Below the pieces are notes generated by a model. That model searched no databases and had not been told where the DNA came from. It saw nothing but the letters and a program-made list of their open reading frames with translations. Of a stretch of 64,000 nt of DNA, positions 9,257 to 20,295 are shown piece after piece. The translations under genes were made by a program, and so were the position numbers. This DNA comes from a virus, in the IMG/VR virus record IMGVR_UViG_3300028920_000694, positions 40,201-104,200 of that record; one strand, given 5' to 3'. Position 1 is the stretch's first letter. Each line of letters starts with the position of its first letter.

Positions 9257-10273
9257 TTAATCTATGTCCAATCTTATTCCTTCAACTTTTATACCAAACT
9301 TATTTGGAGTCACAAATGTATCTGATATATTTCTCACAGCAACAGTTCTCTTTTCTCTAAGACTAGATAGTCCATATCCATAGATAGGTTCTAGAATAAG
9401 AGTATTTCCAGATGAATAAGTTGTATCAATGAATGTTGGCTTTCCAAGTATCTTATATAATTCTCTATATGCACCTGGAGTCACATTTCTGAATAAGAAG
9501 TTTCTATCACAAGCATCCACAAATGTCTCCATAATCACGTTATAGTTATCTTCATCCCATCTACTGTTCCAACATCTTATCTTTCTCTCATACCAAGTAG
9601 CTCCTTCTATATTTCCATCTATTCCATTAACAGAATCTGTTAGAGTGGTATTTTCCCTATCTAGAAACTTATAATGTACTGTAGGAGTTGTTGGTGTAAT
9701 TCCATTATAGATTCGATTAACCTCACTAGAGTCAAAAGCAGTGCCACTCCAAAACACAAACTCGCAGATATCACCATTAAAATGATTATTATAAGCCTTC
9801 CACTCTCCTAATCTAAATTCATGAGTAGTATCAGTAGCTGGTGTATAATTAGCACCTACTGTTTTGTTAACTTTAGAAACACCATCAACATATAATCTAA
9901 AATCTTTAGTAGAATGGTTGTAGACTACTGTACCAGTATGCCATTTACCATCACCAACTGCTGTATTAGTATCTAAACTTATACCACCAGCTGTGCCAGA
10001 ACCCATTCTAGCAAATAAATCAGTAGAACTACTAGCAACCCATATATGATAGTTATCATCATATCCACTACCAGTATCATTCTTAGCAAACAAAGTCCAA
10101 TATACTTTATCAGCTGAACCAGTCCCTCTATATCTAAATGTTACACTAGCAGTATATGAATTAGCAACAGTTAAATAGTCTGAAGTAGCAGTCACATAAT
10201 CATCTGAACCATCAAATGATAAACATCCTTGTGGAACTATAATATATTGACTACCCTTTTCTCTTACTTCCAT
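9257..10273 (-). CDS. Tail-tip protein, paralog 1, with a LamG/ConA-like lectin domain
   Basis: LSFDGSDDYV...DGKWHTGTVVY...RLYVDGV...FNGDICEF is a LamG signature; it is followed by the shared SRWD domain. Confidence 0.7.
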   Translation of the reverse strand: MEVREKGSQYIIVPQGCLSFDGSDDYVTATSDYLTVANSYTASVTFRYRGTGSADKVYWTLFAKNDTGSGYDDNYHIWVASSSTDLFARMGSGTAGGISLDTNTAVGDGKWHTGTVVYNHSTKDFRLYVDGVSKVNKTVGANYTPATDTTHEFRLGEWKAYNNHFNGDICEFVFWSGTAFDSSEVNRIYNGITPTTPTVHYKFLDRENTTLTDSVNGIDGNIEGATWYERKIRCWNSRWDEDNYNVIMETFVDACDRNFLFRNVTPGAYRELYKILGKPTFIDTTYSSGNTLILEPIYGYGLSSLREKRTVAVRNISDTFVTPNKFGIKVEGIRLDID

Positions 10274-12727
10274 CTATCCACCATATACCTTCTTCTCTAA
10301 ATCAGAGAGTTTCTTCATTATATCAAAATTCTGTTTTCCATAGTTAATCACAGTAACAAATCCTTCTTCATCAGAGATTCTTTGTGTGTAGCTCACTATA
10401 TCAAATATATCATGAATTCCAAAGTTAGTTAGATTAGATGAGAATCTGTAATCAGTCTCTATATCAGTTCTTCCATTTATTGTAATCACTCCTTTCTTTT
10501 TAGGTTTAATGTTACTTCCAGATGTTTCTATTCTGGCTCTTTCATCTGCCATCTCTTGTGTAACTATACTATCATCATATATCTTTCTTAATTGAACTCC
10601 ATATGAATTAATACTATTATCATCAGTTCTAGTTGCAGTGATTTCATGCTCATACCATCCAAGTTTAAATGCTAAATCACCTGATGGACATGCATTATTA
10701 TCCGAATAACCTAACCATGAACTACCTGACTTCAGAAGTATCTGTCCACTTGCATAATTTCTTTGATTACTTGCATAATACAACTCCCACTTTTTAGGAT
10801 TAGCATCATTTGCCCCACTAATAACTAGCCAATAATTTGCTCCAACATTCAGATTCTTTAATTTAGGAGAATCATAACTCTGCCACTCACACCATCCAGA
10901 TGGATATGGTAAATCAGATGGAATAAAAGATATGTCATTACTCCATGGTATTGGAGTTCCTGCAGGCATACCAGCTGTATATGTAGAATCTTTTGTTGAT
11001 ACAGTCACATTTTCAATGTATGGTGGATCAGATGCATCAAATGTAGTTGAATTCAGAGATGAGAATATATATTTAATTGTGACATTGGAACCTTCATCAC
11101 CTAAATCATTCTCTATTCCATTAGTTAATCCTGACCACCATCCTAATCCAAGACTACCAGATAATAAAATGTGTTGTCCAGAATAAGTTTGTGCTGATAT
11201 AGTTATGTATTGTGCTCTTTGAGTAAATGTTGTTGTTTTTATATTTCCAGTTCTATCATAGTTCTTACCATAAACAAAATAACTAGTAGGTTGATATCTT
11301 CTAGCACTATAAGAATCTTTAGTCCAAGTAGTTCCATCAGCACTGGTGTATATAGCAAAATCAGTATCACTTGTTGTATTTGGCCTAAATTCCCATGTTC
11401 CATCAGATGCTATTGGTTGATGTAATGCCACAAAGAATTGTTGTCCTGATTTAACTAATGCTCTCTGTGACCATGAAATATCAAAATGTAAATGTTGATA
11501 ATATGCACTCATAGTTGTTGATGCAGATGCAAATGCAGCAGATATATCTTTATCACATCCACTAATAAGATAACACCATACTGTCTTAGGTAATGCATAA
11601 CTGTCATTATGAACTACATATGCTTCCACTCTAGTTACTCTTGCATCAAATGAGAATGGTTTCCATATATCACTAGAACCTCCACCTGACACTTGCCATC
11701 CTATATAATAATTTGCTGTTGAATCATTTTGTGGTGCTCCACCAGCACCAGTCTGTCCTAATTTTTTAGATGAAGACTCTGTTGTAGTTAGGAATGAATC
11801 ACTTCCACCTGTAAATATGTCTGCATTGTCCTTAGTGGATGTATTTAAATATGTGTAATCTTCAAATTCATCTGTATAAACATGAGAATCTGCATCTGGA
11901 AAAATACTAAATATTAAAGTATCTGGCTCATCATCATCTTCTGTTCTATCCATGTAGAATTTAACAGCTGATAGAATATCATCTTCGGCACAAATTCTCT
12001 GTGCAATCACTGCATTTGAAGTCAATGCAAATGAATGATTAAGATTAGGTTGGGATGTTATTGTAGAATATCCTGTTCCACCAACAACTAAAACCTTATT
12101 AGTTATATCCTCATCAGCTTCCTCTAATGGATCCATCTTAAAAATATCTGATTCAGAGATAGTGAAATCATAGCTATCTCCTCTAAATTCAGGTTGATAA
12201 TAATGCATTTGTCCACTATTATCTATATAGAATTTAAATCCATCAATCTTAGTCAAATCAATAAGTGCATCACCAACTATTGTATTAGAGAAATCAATTG
12301 AGTCAGTCATTGTTGTTCCACTATTGTTCCAAATGTGTGACCCAGAGATTCCAGGACAATAATCAGCTATAAGAGAAGATGCTATATAACAGGTATTTCC
12401 AGAATATTCAGCAGAAGCACTAGTATGATATCTCCATAAATCATATGTTCTACCAACTACCTGATATATATGTGTCTTCTTTCCCTGAACAATTTCTTGT
12501 TGTATCCTAGATATATATCCATCAAATTCTAAATCATCATTTATAAAAAGAAGAACTTTATCCCCAATCAATCTATTTGTGGTGACATCAAATGCATTTA
12601 TCACTCCATTCTGAAAATATTCATTATCTGAATTAGTTATCTCAATGAGAGATATATTTCCACCAGCAGAATAATGATTTGCATCTGCTGAACCTGAACC
12701 CAAATAGATATCGTATGAGATAGTCAT
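10274..12727 (-). CDS. Tail hub / Tal-like baseplate protein (817 aa)
   Basis: Directly after the tape measure. FDGYISRI, FKFYIDNSGQMHYY, ITNKVLVVGG and SINSYGVQLRKIYDDSI..QEMA..RA match the phage tail-hub pattern, with a large inserted beta-rich region. Confidence 0.7.
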   Translation of the reverse strand: MTISYDIYLGSGSADANHYSAGGNISLIEITNSDNEYFQNGVINAFDVTTNRLIGDKVLLFINDDLEFDGYISRIQQEIVQGKKTHIYQVVGRTYDLWRYHTSASAEYSGNTCYIASSLIADYCPGISGSHIWNNSGTTMTDSIDFSNTIVGDALIDLTKIDGFKFYIDNSGQMHYYQPEFRGDSYDFTISESDIFKMDPLEEADEDITNKVLVVGGTGYSTITSQPNLNHSFALTSNAVIAQRICAEDDILSAVKFYMDRTEDDDEPDTLIFSIFPDADSHVYTDEFEDYTYLNTSTKDNADIFTGGSDSFLTTTESSSKKLGQTGAGGAPQNDSTANYYIGWQVSGGGSSDIWKPFSFDARVTRVEAYVVHNDSYALPKTVWCYLISGCDKDISAAFASASTTMSAYYQHLHFDISWSQRALVKSGQQFFVALHQPIASDGTWEFRPNTTSDTDFAIYTSADGTTWTKDSYSARRYQPTSYFVYGKNYDRTGNIKTTTFTQRAQYITISAQTYSGQHILLSGSLGLGWWSGLTNGIENDLGDEGSNVTIKYIFSSLNSTTFDASDPPYIENVTVSTKDSTYTAGMPAGTPIPWSNDISFIPSDLPYPSGWCEWQSYDSPKLKNLNVGANYWLVISGANDANPKKWELYYASNQRNYASGQILLKSGSSWLGYSDNNACPSGDLAFKLGWYEHEITATRTDDNSINSYGVQLRKIYDDSIVTQEMADERARIETSGSNIKPKKKGVITINGRTDIETDYRFSSNLTNFGIHDIFDIVSYTQRISDEEGFVTVINYGKQNFDIMKKLSDLEKKVYGG

Positions 12728-12729
12728 AA

Positions 12730-15700
12730 TTATCTAGTATTCCGATACCTAAACTTTAATTGATTTGTAAATGCACCAACATCCTGAATTCCATGAACAT
12801 TTATAGGTCCATACATATTATAATTCTCACTCATTGTATCTCCAGAATATGTCACATTTCTATTATAGGATGTTCCACCGAACACTCCACCTTTCTGCAT
12901 TCCAAGCAGATTAGAATAATGTGTAGAGAGTAAATATTTCATGATATTCTCACCATATTTACGATTAGTTCCCTCTAATGGAACAAGTGCCTCTGCTCCT
13001 TTTTCACCAAACACTCCAGCAGTTGGAGAATTAAATATTCCACCTCTTTCTCCAAATACTAGATTTCTAGCAACATTTCCAAATTCATCAAACATTGCTC
13101 CTGGATTTCTTATGGTATTCATCACAATCTCAAATGCAGTTCCTGTTGAAGTATTGATATTATTCATTAGATTAAATATATTCTGTAATTCATTCTTTAA
13201 ATCTATTACCTTGAGATTTAATTTATCAACATCGGATTGAGTATATCCGATTACTCTATCTACAGCCAACCATGCATCTTCTAATTCATAAGTGATGGTA
13301 GTACCTTCATCTGTAGCCTGTGCCATATCATTAGCTTTATCTTTTATCTTAGTAACTGTTGTAGCAACATCATTAGAAGCAATACCTATATCCATATAGT
13401 GTTCTGCAGTATCCATTGCCACATCATTGTATTCCTTCTGTTCTTTAGTTGCAGCATCTATATATTCTTGTAATTCTGCCTCTGTTATGTCACCCCTAGC
13501 ATATGCTGCCCTAGCCTTAGCTAAATCACCTTCTGCTTCTTTCCATTCTTTATACTGTTCAATTATATCTTCAGTGAGAAGTGCTTGTTCAGCTAACCCT
13601 TCAAATAATTCATCATCCAGTTTCTTTTTATCTTCTGCTATCTTATATTTCTCTAATTCAATCTTAAGTAGTTTATCTTCTAATTCATAGACATCCAACA
13701 TTGCCTCTGCTTTATATTTCTCTTTATTAGTGACTATATCCAATACCTTAGCATATTCTGACATTGCTGAATTCAATTCACTCTGAACTTCTAGTAATTC
13801 ACCCCTTCTATTTATTATATCAGTGACCTGTTCCAGAATTGCTAATTCATTCTCATTTAATTTTTCAGATAGAGAATTATATGTAGCAGTAGCAACTCCC
13901 AGTTCTTCTCTTCTAATTCTCAATTCATCAGTTACATCAGATAAATCCTGAGTTATTCTATTAGCTTGATTTAATAATAAATTATATTCCTCTTCTCTAT
14001 CAGGCCCAAGTCTATTCATTTCTTCTCTGGTGTCAATCAATCTCTGATTCAGATTCGTTTGTTTTCCTGATAATCTATTAATGTCTTTATTAATGTTATA
14101 TAGATTTGTATATGCATCAACTGCATCTCCAACTTCTGGACTCAAATCATGCATCAATTTAAGAATGTCTGATGATACACTTAATACATCACTTTCACTA
14201 TCAGCATATTTCCTTGTAGCATCACCCAAATCTATAAGTAAATCATTATATTCTTCATTTCCCTTTTTACCTTCTGCAGTTAATTCATTTAATCTATTCT
14301 GAATCCTGACTACCCTTGATAATCCATCTAACCAATCAGGTATAGCTTTATTTGAATATCTTTGTATTACAGTCATTCCATCTTCACCAGTTTTTGTTAA
14401 TTTCTCCCATGCTTCATAACTTAATGTCAAACTCTCTTGAACACCTTTAATCTTATCTATCATACCAAGTGCACTATCAATCATTGATGCAATTGAACCA
14501 ATAAATGGAATAGCTTTCACCATATCTTTTATTGTCCCAAAGAAATCAAAATCACCTTCACCACTAATAATCCCTTGGAGTGATTTTACTGATTCAATTA
14601 ATTTCCATAATGCACCAGTTAATTCTTCACCAATAGCTGCACCTAATTCCTGTGCATCACCAGCTAATTGTTTGAATTTGCCTGACATTGTATCCATCTG
14701 TTTCTCAGCAATAAATTCAGTGATTCCAGACATTTCCTTAGTGATAAGGACATAATCTTCTATTTCATCAACTGCACTCACTAGAGTAGCTGCAGCAGCA
14801 GCAGTTCTTGCTCTAAACATCTGTGAAGCATCAGCCACACTAAATTGAGCATTCTTTAATTTTCTAAGTATGTCTACTATACTATTAACTGTTGGATCTA
14901 TATCAGATAGAGTTAATCCTAATGCAGCAAGTGCTCTCTGTCCCTTATCTGTTGGAGTCAGAAGTTTAGTAAATATCATATTTAGACGTTGACCTGCTTG
15001 TGCACCCTCATAACCTCTATCAGCAAGCAATGTCAATGTAGCTCCTATTTCTCTAAAGTCTTGATTCAATTCACCTGCTATCTGTCCAACATACTGGAAT
15101 GCATTAGCCATCTTTTCTGCAGTCATAAATGAATTAGTAATCAAAGCAGTGAATGTATCTACAACCATACCAGTATCATCAAGTTCAAGTCTAAATTGTT
15201 TTAGAACTGTAATTACATATTTAACTGCTTCTTCTAGATTTGTTTGTGTAGCAGTAGCATATTGTAAAATAGGAAGTAATTCTTTAGTAGATGATATAAC
15301 TGGATCAATTCCAGCACTGGCAACTGTATACATTGCCTTAGCTACTTCTGTCATAGTGAATATGGTCTTACTAGCAAGTTCTCTAGAAAGTTTACTTATT
15401 GCATTAACTGCTTTATCAAAGCTATGACCTAAATATCCTGAAACAGCAGCAGCATTCACTACTGCACTCTCAAATTCCTTAAATATCTCTATAGAATTCT
15501 CTAGTCCTTGCCTTATAGCCATCACCATCTGAACACCTATAGAGAATGAAATGTAGTGGACAATCTTCAACATGAACTTCTGCCAGCTAAGCATATACTT
15601 CAATTGCTGTGCAAAGCTCTGTTGCATACCTTTGGTAGATTTATTTACTGTCTTGTGAATTGCAGTCATTGACTTGTTCATCTCAGCCTTGACTCGATTC

Positions 15701-15762
15701 AAGCCAGTTGTCTTTATCTGCAAATCAACATATATACTACCAGCTTTAGTTCCAGTTACCAT
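12730..15762 (-). CDS. Tail tape measure protein (TP901-type core, 1010 aa)
   Basis: N-terminus AGSIYVDL, core FESAVVNAAAVSG...EVAKAMYTVASAG, GYEGAQAGQRL, long coiled coil, and C-terminal GGIFNSPTAGVFGEKGAEALVPL motif. Confidence 0.95.
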   Translation of the reverse strand: MVTGTKAGSIYVDLQIKTTGLNRVKAEMNKSMTAIHKTVNKSTKGMQQSFAQQLKYMLSWQKFMLKIVHYISFSIGVQMVMAIRQGLENSIEIFKEFESAVVNAAAVSGYLGHSFDKAVNAISKLSRELASKTIFTMTEVAKAMYTVASAGIDPVISSTKELLPILQYATATQTNLEEAVKYVITVLKQFRLELDDTGMVVDTFTALITNSFMTAEKMANAFQYVGQIAGELNQDFREIGATLTLLADRGYEGAQAGQRLNMIFTKLLTPTDKGQRALAALGLTLSDIDPTVNSIVDILRKLKNAQFSVADASQMFRARTAAAAATLVSAVDEIEDYVLITKEMSGITEFIAEKQMDTMSGKFKQLAGDAQELGAAIGEELTGALWKLIESVKSLQGIISGEGDFDFFGTIKDMVKAIPFIGSIASMIDSALGMIDKIKGVQESLTLSYEAWEKLTKTGEDGMTVIQRYSNKAIPDWLDGLSRVVRIQNRLNELTAEGKKGNEEYNDLLIDLGDATRKYADSESDVLSVSSDILKLMHDLSPEVGDAVDAYTNLYNINKDINRLSGKQTNLNQRLIDTREEMNRLGPDREEEYNLLLNQANRITQDLSDVTDELRIRREELGVATATYNSLSEKLNENELAILEQVTDIINRRGELLEVQSELNSAMSEYAKVLDIVTNKEKYKAEAMLDVYELEDKLLKIELEKYKIAEDKKKLDDELFEGLAEQALLTEDIIEQYKEWKEAEGDLAKARAAYARGDITEAELQEYIDAATKEQKEYNDVAMDTAEHYMDIGIASNDVATTVTKIKDKANDMAQATDEGTTITYELEDAWLAVDRVIGYTQSDVDKLNLKVIDLKNELQNIFNLMNNINTSTGTAFEIVMNTIRNPGAMFDEFGNVARNLVFGERGGIFNSPTAGVFGEKGAEALVPLEGTNRKYGENIMKYLLSTHYSNLLGMQKGGVFGGTSYNRNVTYSGDTMSENYNMYGPINVHGIQDVGAFTNQLKFRYRNTR

Positions 15763-15808
15763 ATCTATCTATTCATTTATCTTTAATTTTATACATAATT
15801 CACATTTT

Positions 15809-15940
15809 CCATTTAAAGGGGTCAAAGAGCTATTCTGAGAGACCTTGCATTGCACCCTACCTATACCATTAGATAACTTTTAAAGTGCTTCAGCGTGGCT
15901 CTCTGTTAATCCTCAGCGATGTTTCAGACATATCCTAAAC
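15809..15940 (+). repeat. Dispersed ~130-bp quasi-palindromic element, copy B
   Basis: AGCTATTCTGAG at 15828, TGCTTCAGCGTGGCT 49-nt register downstream, then AATCCTCAG and TATCCT, in the same spacing as copies C, D and F. Intergenic, just upstream of the tape measure gene. Confidence 0.85.
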
Positions 15941-15961
15941 CTCATTTCCTAATATATCAGT

Positions 15962-16402
15962 TTATATAACAACCATCAGAGGTTCCCAATTACTTGGTAG
16001 TTTAGATATATTATCATTTTGAGGTTCAACTATCCATACATCTAAATTATCATCTACAAATATATTCACAGCATGTGGATATGTGAACATAGGAGTATTA
16101 GATATCAATATACCAAATGGTAAACTAGACCAGTGTTTGATAGAGAACTGTCCATATAGTCTAATACTAAAATCATCACAATCCAAATATTCAGAAATAT
16201 ATGACTCTTTATCTGTATCATCTTGTGATATGAATCTAGCATACTCTGTGAGAGATGTAAGTTTGTATTTACTATCATATATGTAGATAACACAACTCTC
16301 TCCTAATTCAGCTCTTAATGTAGACATTAATTCAGTATATTCTACATCCACTAATGGACTAGGCTTTCCTAGCTTACTCTTACTAAACCATCCTAAACAC
16401 AT
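15962..16402 (-). CDS. Papain/transglutaminase-like cysteine protease (agglutinin C-terminal-like)
   Basis: Putative catalytic triad in YLDCDDF, HAVN and IVEPQND. Confidence 0.7.
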   Translation of the reverse strand: MCLGWFSKSKLGKPSPLVDVEYTELMSTLRAELGESCVIYIYDSKYKLTSLTEYARFISQDDTDKESYISEYLDCDDFSIRLYGQFSIKHWSSLPFGILISNTPMFTYPHAVNIFVDDNLDVWIVEPQNDNISKLPSNWEPLMVVI

Positions 16403-17854
16403 TTAACTTACACCTGAATAGAAGTTCCAATCATCATAGTCAGTACAATTAACCCTAGCATTACATTGATATATTGGATATTGAATACCATTCATGCTGT
16501 TAAACATTATATAACAATTTGTATCACTATTTGCTCCATATACACCAAGATTAGGATATCGTGTACCTGTTCCAACAATTGTATTTAGAAATATTTTAGA
16601 ATCCTCTGTACTTGCAATTGATATTCCAGCTGACCATTGGCCACATCTCTCTATATGATTACCACAAACTGTTGCATTGTCTCCACCCAATGAAATACCG
16701 TTACTTCCTATATCAGCAATCACATTATTATAAATATATGTATATGAACCAGCTAAATTCATAGCATAACTAGTTATGTTTGTGAATTCACATCCTATTA
16801 CTTCAATCCAATTAGGGCTTCCAGTTACACCTCTATAAGTGTCTCTTATGATACTATTAGATATTGTTACATGATAAACATCCGAAGCTATAAAGAAACC
16901 TCTTGCAGTGCTAGCACCATAACATGCATCATCTGTTCCACACGATACCATACAATCATCAAATAATACATGTGATGTGTCTTCCATATAATATCCTACA
17001 CCAGAATCATATACAGAACAACCTGTTACTGATACATTCTGAGTTGCTTCAGCATATGTTGCAGCTAGAGCAGATTCTACAACGAAACCTCCAGAGAATG
17101 CATTATCTACAATACATCCACTTATCACTGAATCATATGTTTCCCAATACCAAACACCAAATGCAGCATAATGCTTAAGACCACTTTCATCAAATGCACT
17201 AGCTAAATCAATGAACATACAATCATGTACATTAATTTGACTTCCTTCTTTGACGAATATTCCCATATTTTGGGTATCGTATATAGTCACACTGTATATC
17301 TCAACAAATTCACATTTCAAAAGATATATACCATTAGTATAGGAATAAAAACAATCATACCATACATCCTGTCCACCACTATTTCCATCTAGGATTATAT
17401 CATGTATTGTTATATTTGCATTACCATTTGTTTGGTCATAATTTCTAATCATAGTACAATTAGCATCATCATCAAGATAAAGTCTAACATTATATAATTC
17501 ACAGTTATCACCAACATAGAGTATACCATCTTGTGTAATAAGATTATTACCACCATTAACCCATCCTGATTCGTTATCAAGATCATCAATAGCATTTTGT
17601 AGATTAGCAAACGAAGCTACCCAGTAATGTCCTTCACTATTTGAAATTAAAGTTTCTGTTGGAGGTCTATACCCTCCTGGTAGTAAGTCTGTCATCACCC
17701 CAGCTCCACCAGCACCTAGAATAGCACCAGTAGTTAGGACTGCAGCAGCTTTCTTCTTATTCCTCTTAAACCAATTTTGTATATCATCTCTAAATAGATA
17801 TATTAAACTAACTGTGATTAGTATACCTATTAATAGAATTATCCATCCTATCAT
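16403..17854 (-). CDS. Membrane-anchored right-handed beta-helix (pectate-lyase-like) protein
   Basis: N-terminal hydrophobic helix, then WFKRNKKK, then parallel beta-helix repeats (ITIHDIILDGN, INVHDCMF, VTISNSII, NNVIADIG). Confidence 0.7.
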   Translation of the reverse strand: MIGWIILLIGILITVSLIYLFRDDIQNWFKRNKKKAAAVLTTGAILGAGGAGVMTDLLPGGYRPPTETLISNSEGHYWVASFANLQNAIDDLDNESGWVNGGNNLITQDGILYVGDNCELYNVRLYLDDDANCTMIRNYDQTNGNANITIHDIILDGNSGGQDVWYDCFYSYTNGIYLLKCEFVEIYSVTIYDTQNMGIFVKEGSQINVHDCMFIDLASAFDESGLKHYAAFGVWYWETYDSVISGCIVDNAFSGGFVVESALAATYAEATQNVSVTGCSVYDSGVGYYMEDTSHVLFDDCMVSCGTDDACYGASTARGFFIASDVYHVTISNSIIRDTYRGVTGSPNWIEVIGCEFTNITSYAMNLAGSYTYIYNNVIADIGSNGISLGGDNATVCGNHIERCGQWSAGISIASTEDSKIFLNTIVGTGTRYPNLGVYGANSDTNCYIMFNSMNGIQYPIYQCNARVNCTDYDDWNFYSGVS

Positions 17855-17889
17855 TTATTTCAGTCTCCAAAATATAACATATAACATCT

Positions 17890-19851
17890 TTAAATTATAT
17901 ACCAATTAGTTCCATCACTTATAACAGTGACAGATTCATATTGAAATTGCATATCATAATCAACATCACCATCTATAGTATCACCACTCTGTCCAGATAC
18001 AGTAACAGTTCCTGTACCTATATTCTTAACAGTTATATTATCACCACTATTATGTGAGTCTGGTAGTTTAATAGTTATAGTATTAGAAGCTAGAACATAT
18101 TCTCCAACTAATGCTGAATAATTAGCAGTCTTGGTTTGTACTATATATCTATGATGACCATAGATAGTACCACCAGAGAATGCTGCTGATGATATTCCAG
18201 TTGAATCATATATGGGTTTATCATTTGCATCTAAATCTCCACCAAGTTGAGGTGTTGTATCTTCCACTACATTAGATAATCCTGCACCAGGAACTAGATT
18301 AGTGGCATTTCCTGAAACCCAATCTGCATATATTCCAGTTTGGGATGAAATCAGATTAGTTTGAATCGAACCTCCAGATATTCCTTGAGATGACAGTCCA
18401 TAACATCTTATTTTATGACTCCAACTATCTCCTGAAACAAATAATTGATAATCACGAACATCTATATTTTGAAATTCTTTGGTAGAAGACATTCCATCAA
18501 AGTTAACTCTAAAGCTTGGTTTATTATTATTTTGACTCAAAAACAATGAATAATTGGGTACAGAACTTGCTATGATAAATGGATATGTAGCAGTTTGTTT
18601 TAAATCCTTTATATAAAACCACCCAGAATTATTAACACCAAACCTATAATGAGCGTTAGAACCTGTTAATTCATAATTATCAGTAAATCTAGTAAATTCA
18701 CCAAATTGATTTTTGTCTTGTCCTATGTAAGTAGTCTTAGTTCCACTATCATAAAATGCAGATGGAACATTTAACCAAGCATCCGTACCTATAAATGTAA
18801 TATCTGTTGCACTACTATAAATAGACCAAGCGAAATTTGGATTATCAGCATTACCCCAATCATACACCACACATTTATTAAATTGATGTCCACCAGTCGA
18901 AATATTTTTAAATCCATCTGTAGTTCTACCTAAAGTTTGTATTTCTACACAATCAAAGCAAAATTCTCCCATTATAGCACTTGTTCCACCTCGAGTGAGA
19001 TTATTATCAAATTCTACACCAATTCTTGGACAATTAATCCATATGTTTTTAAACCATAATGAATTTATCCATGCATTATTATTTAGATTTCCAGTACTAG
19101 TATATATATGTATTCCTCTTGATACTCCATTTATATCAATATCTCTACACATAGTATTAAATATGCAACTTCGACTACCTGTTGCTGAATATCGAATTGC
19201 AGTAGCTCCTGATAGTATGCCATCATCCCAATTATCTGGAGATCCAGCATGGATATATATTTTTTCAACTGTAGTCTGAACTATACTAGATCTTTCCTTC
19301 CAATCATCTACATCACTATGAGAATAATGATGTACAATATTTCCAGAATACCAATTAGTTCCTGGAGTTGGTAAATGAACTGAGAAATTACCTAATAGAA
19401 TATTTCTTGTTCTATTATTAGTAGTACCTCTACGTTGACCAGTGATATAAAAACCATCATATGTACCTTCTGCAAATTTAAATTGTGTACCAGCACCACC
19501 ACCATATAAAGTAGAATGATTAGGTATATTTATAGTGGAAGAAATATTATATGTTCCAGATGCTACATATGTATATGTGAATGGAGAGAGAACACTATTA
19601 AATAATGTAGAAGCATCTACATCAGAGTTTATAATTGTTCCATCAGTTCCTCTCTTTGCATAATATGTATTACTGCTTTTATATATGATAATATCAGCAG
19701 CATAATATGAACCCCCTCCAGCTACGCTATCAGCATATGTTTTATTAGCTACATCAGTCCCAGCTACAGGTGTATATCCAGTTGTGATATGTCCACCTGA
19801 GATGGCTTGTGAGCTTACACTATCTATATTATAAAGGATTCCTTCTCCCAT
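17890..19851 (-). CDS. Tailspike/fibre with a pectate-lyase-like beta-helix
   Basis: YVASGTYNISSTINIPNHSTLYGGG (pectate_lyase_3-like start), shared ISGG modules, and a C-terminal TITIKLP...GDNITVKN...DTIDG phage fibre domain. Confidence 0.7.
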   Translation of the reverse strand: MGEGILYNIDSVSSQAISGGHITTGYTPVAGTDVANKTYADSVAGGGSYYAADIIIYKSSNTYYAKRGTDGTIINSDVDASTLFNSVLSPFTYTYVASGTYNISSTINIPNHSTLYGGGAGTQFKFAEGTYDGFYITGQRRGTTNNRTRNILLGNFSVHLPTPGTNWYSGNIVHHYSHSDVDDWKERSSIVQTTVEKIYIHAGSPDNWDDGILSGATAIRYSATGSRSCIFNTMCRDIDINGVSRGIHIYTSTGNLNNNAWINSLWFKNIWINCPRIGVEFDNNLTRGGTSAIMGEFCFDCVEIQTLGRTTDGFKNISTGGHQFNKCVVYDWGNADNPNFAWSIYSSATDITFIGTDAWLNVPSAFYDSGTKTTYIGQDKNQFGEFTRFTDNYELTGSNAHYRFGVNNSGWFYIKDLKQTATYPFIIASSVPNYSLFLSQNNNKPSFRVNFDGMSSTKEFQNIDVRDYQLFVSGDSWSHKIRCYGLSSQGISGGSIQTNLISSQTGIYADWVSGNATNLVPGAGLSNVVEDTTPQLGGDLDANDKPIYDSTGISSAAFSGGTIYGHHRYIVQTKTANYSALVGEYVLASNTITIKLPDSHNSGDNITVKNIGTGTVTVSGQSGDTIDGDVDYDMQFQYESVTVISDGTNWYII

Positions 19852-19908
19852 CTAGTTACCATCCATTTAATTTCATAATTCATTTCTTTTAGACATCCTA
19901 AACATTTA

Positions 19909-20295
19909 TTAATCATAATCTATAGTCTTTAAATGTCCTTTTTGTATATTAGAATTAAAGATATAAACTTCATTTCCATATTTTCTATATGTATTCAATG
20001 ATATGTCATTTACTAGATTAGCCTCTTCTAGAGTGATATTCAAATTCTTACCCATATCACTTACCACCAATTTGAATGTAGATGAATATGTTTCTCCTTT
20101 ACCATCCGCATTAACAGTCATAGTGCATCCAGAATAAGCATAATCCATCAGATTATCCACATACTTTCCAATAGAATTACTAGTCATTGTCAAGGCTTTA
20201 TTTCCACTATTAGCTATAATAGTTCCACTAGCAAGTATATCTCCATTAGAATCATATAGATATCCATACATAGGATATGGAAATGGAAGTGGCAT
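19909..20295 (-). CDS. Small beta-sandwich (carboxypeptidase-regulatory-like) protein
   Basis: PYPMYGYLYDSNG...MTSNSIGKY pattern; lies in the fibre block. Confidence 0.4.
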   Translation of the reverse strand: MPLPFPYPMYGYLYDSNGDILASGTIIANSGNKALTMTSNSIGKYVDNLMDYAYSGCTMTVNADGKGETYSSTFKLVVSDMGKNLNITLEEANLVNDISLNTYRKYGNEVYIFNSNIQKGHLKTIDYD

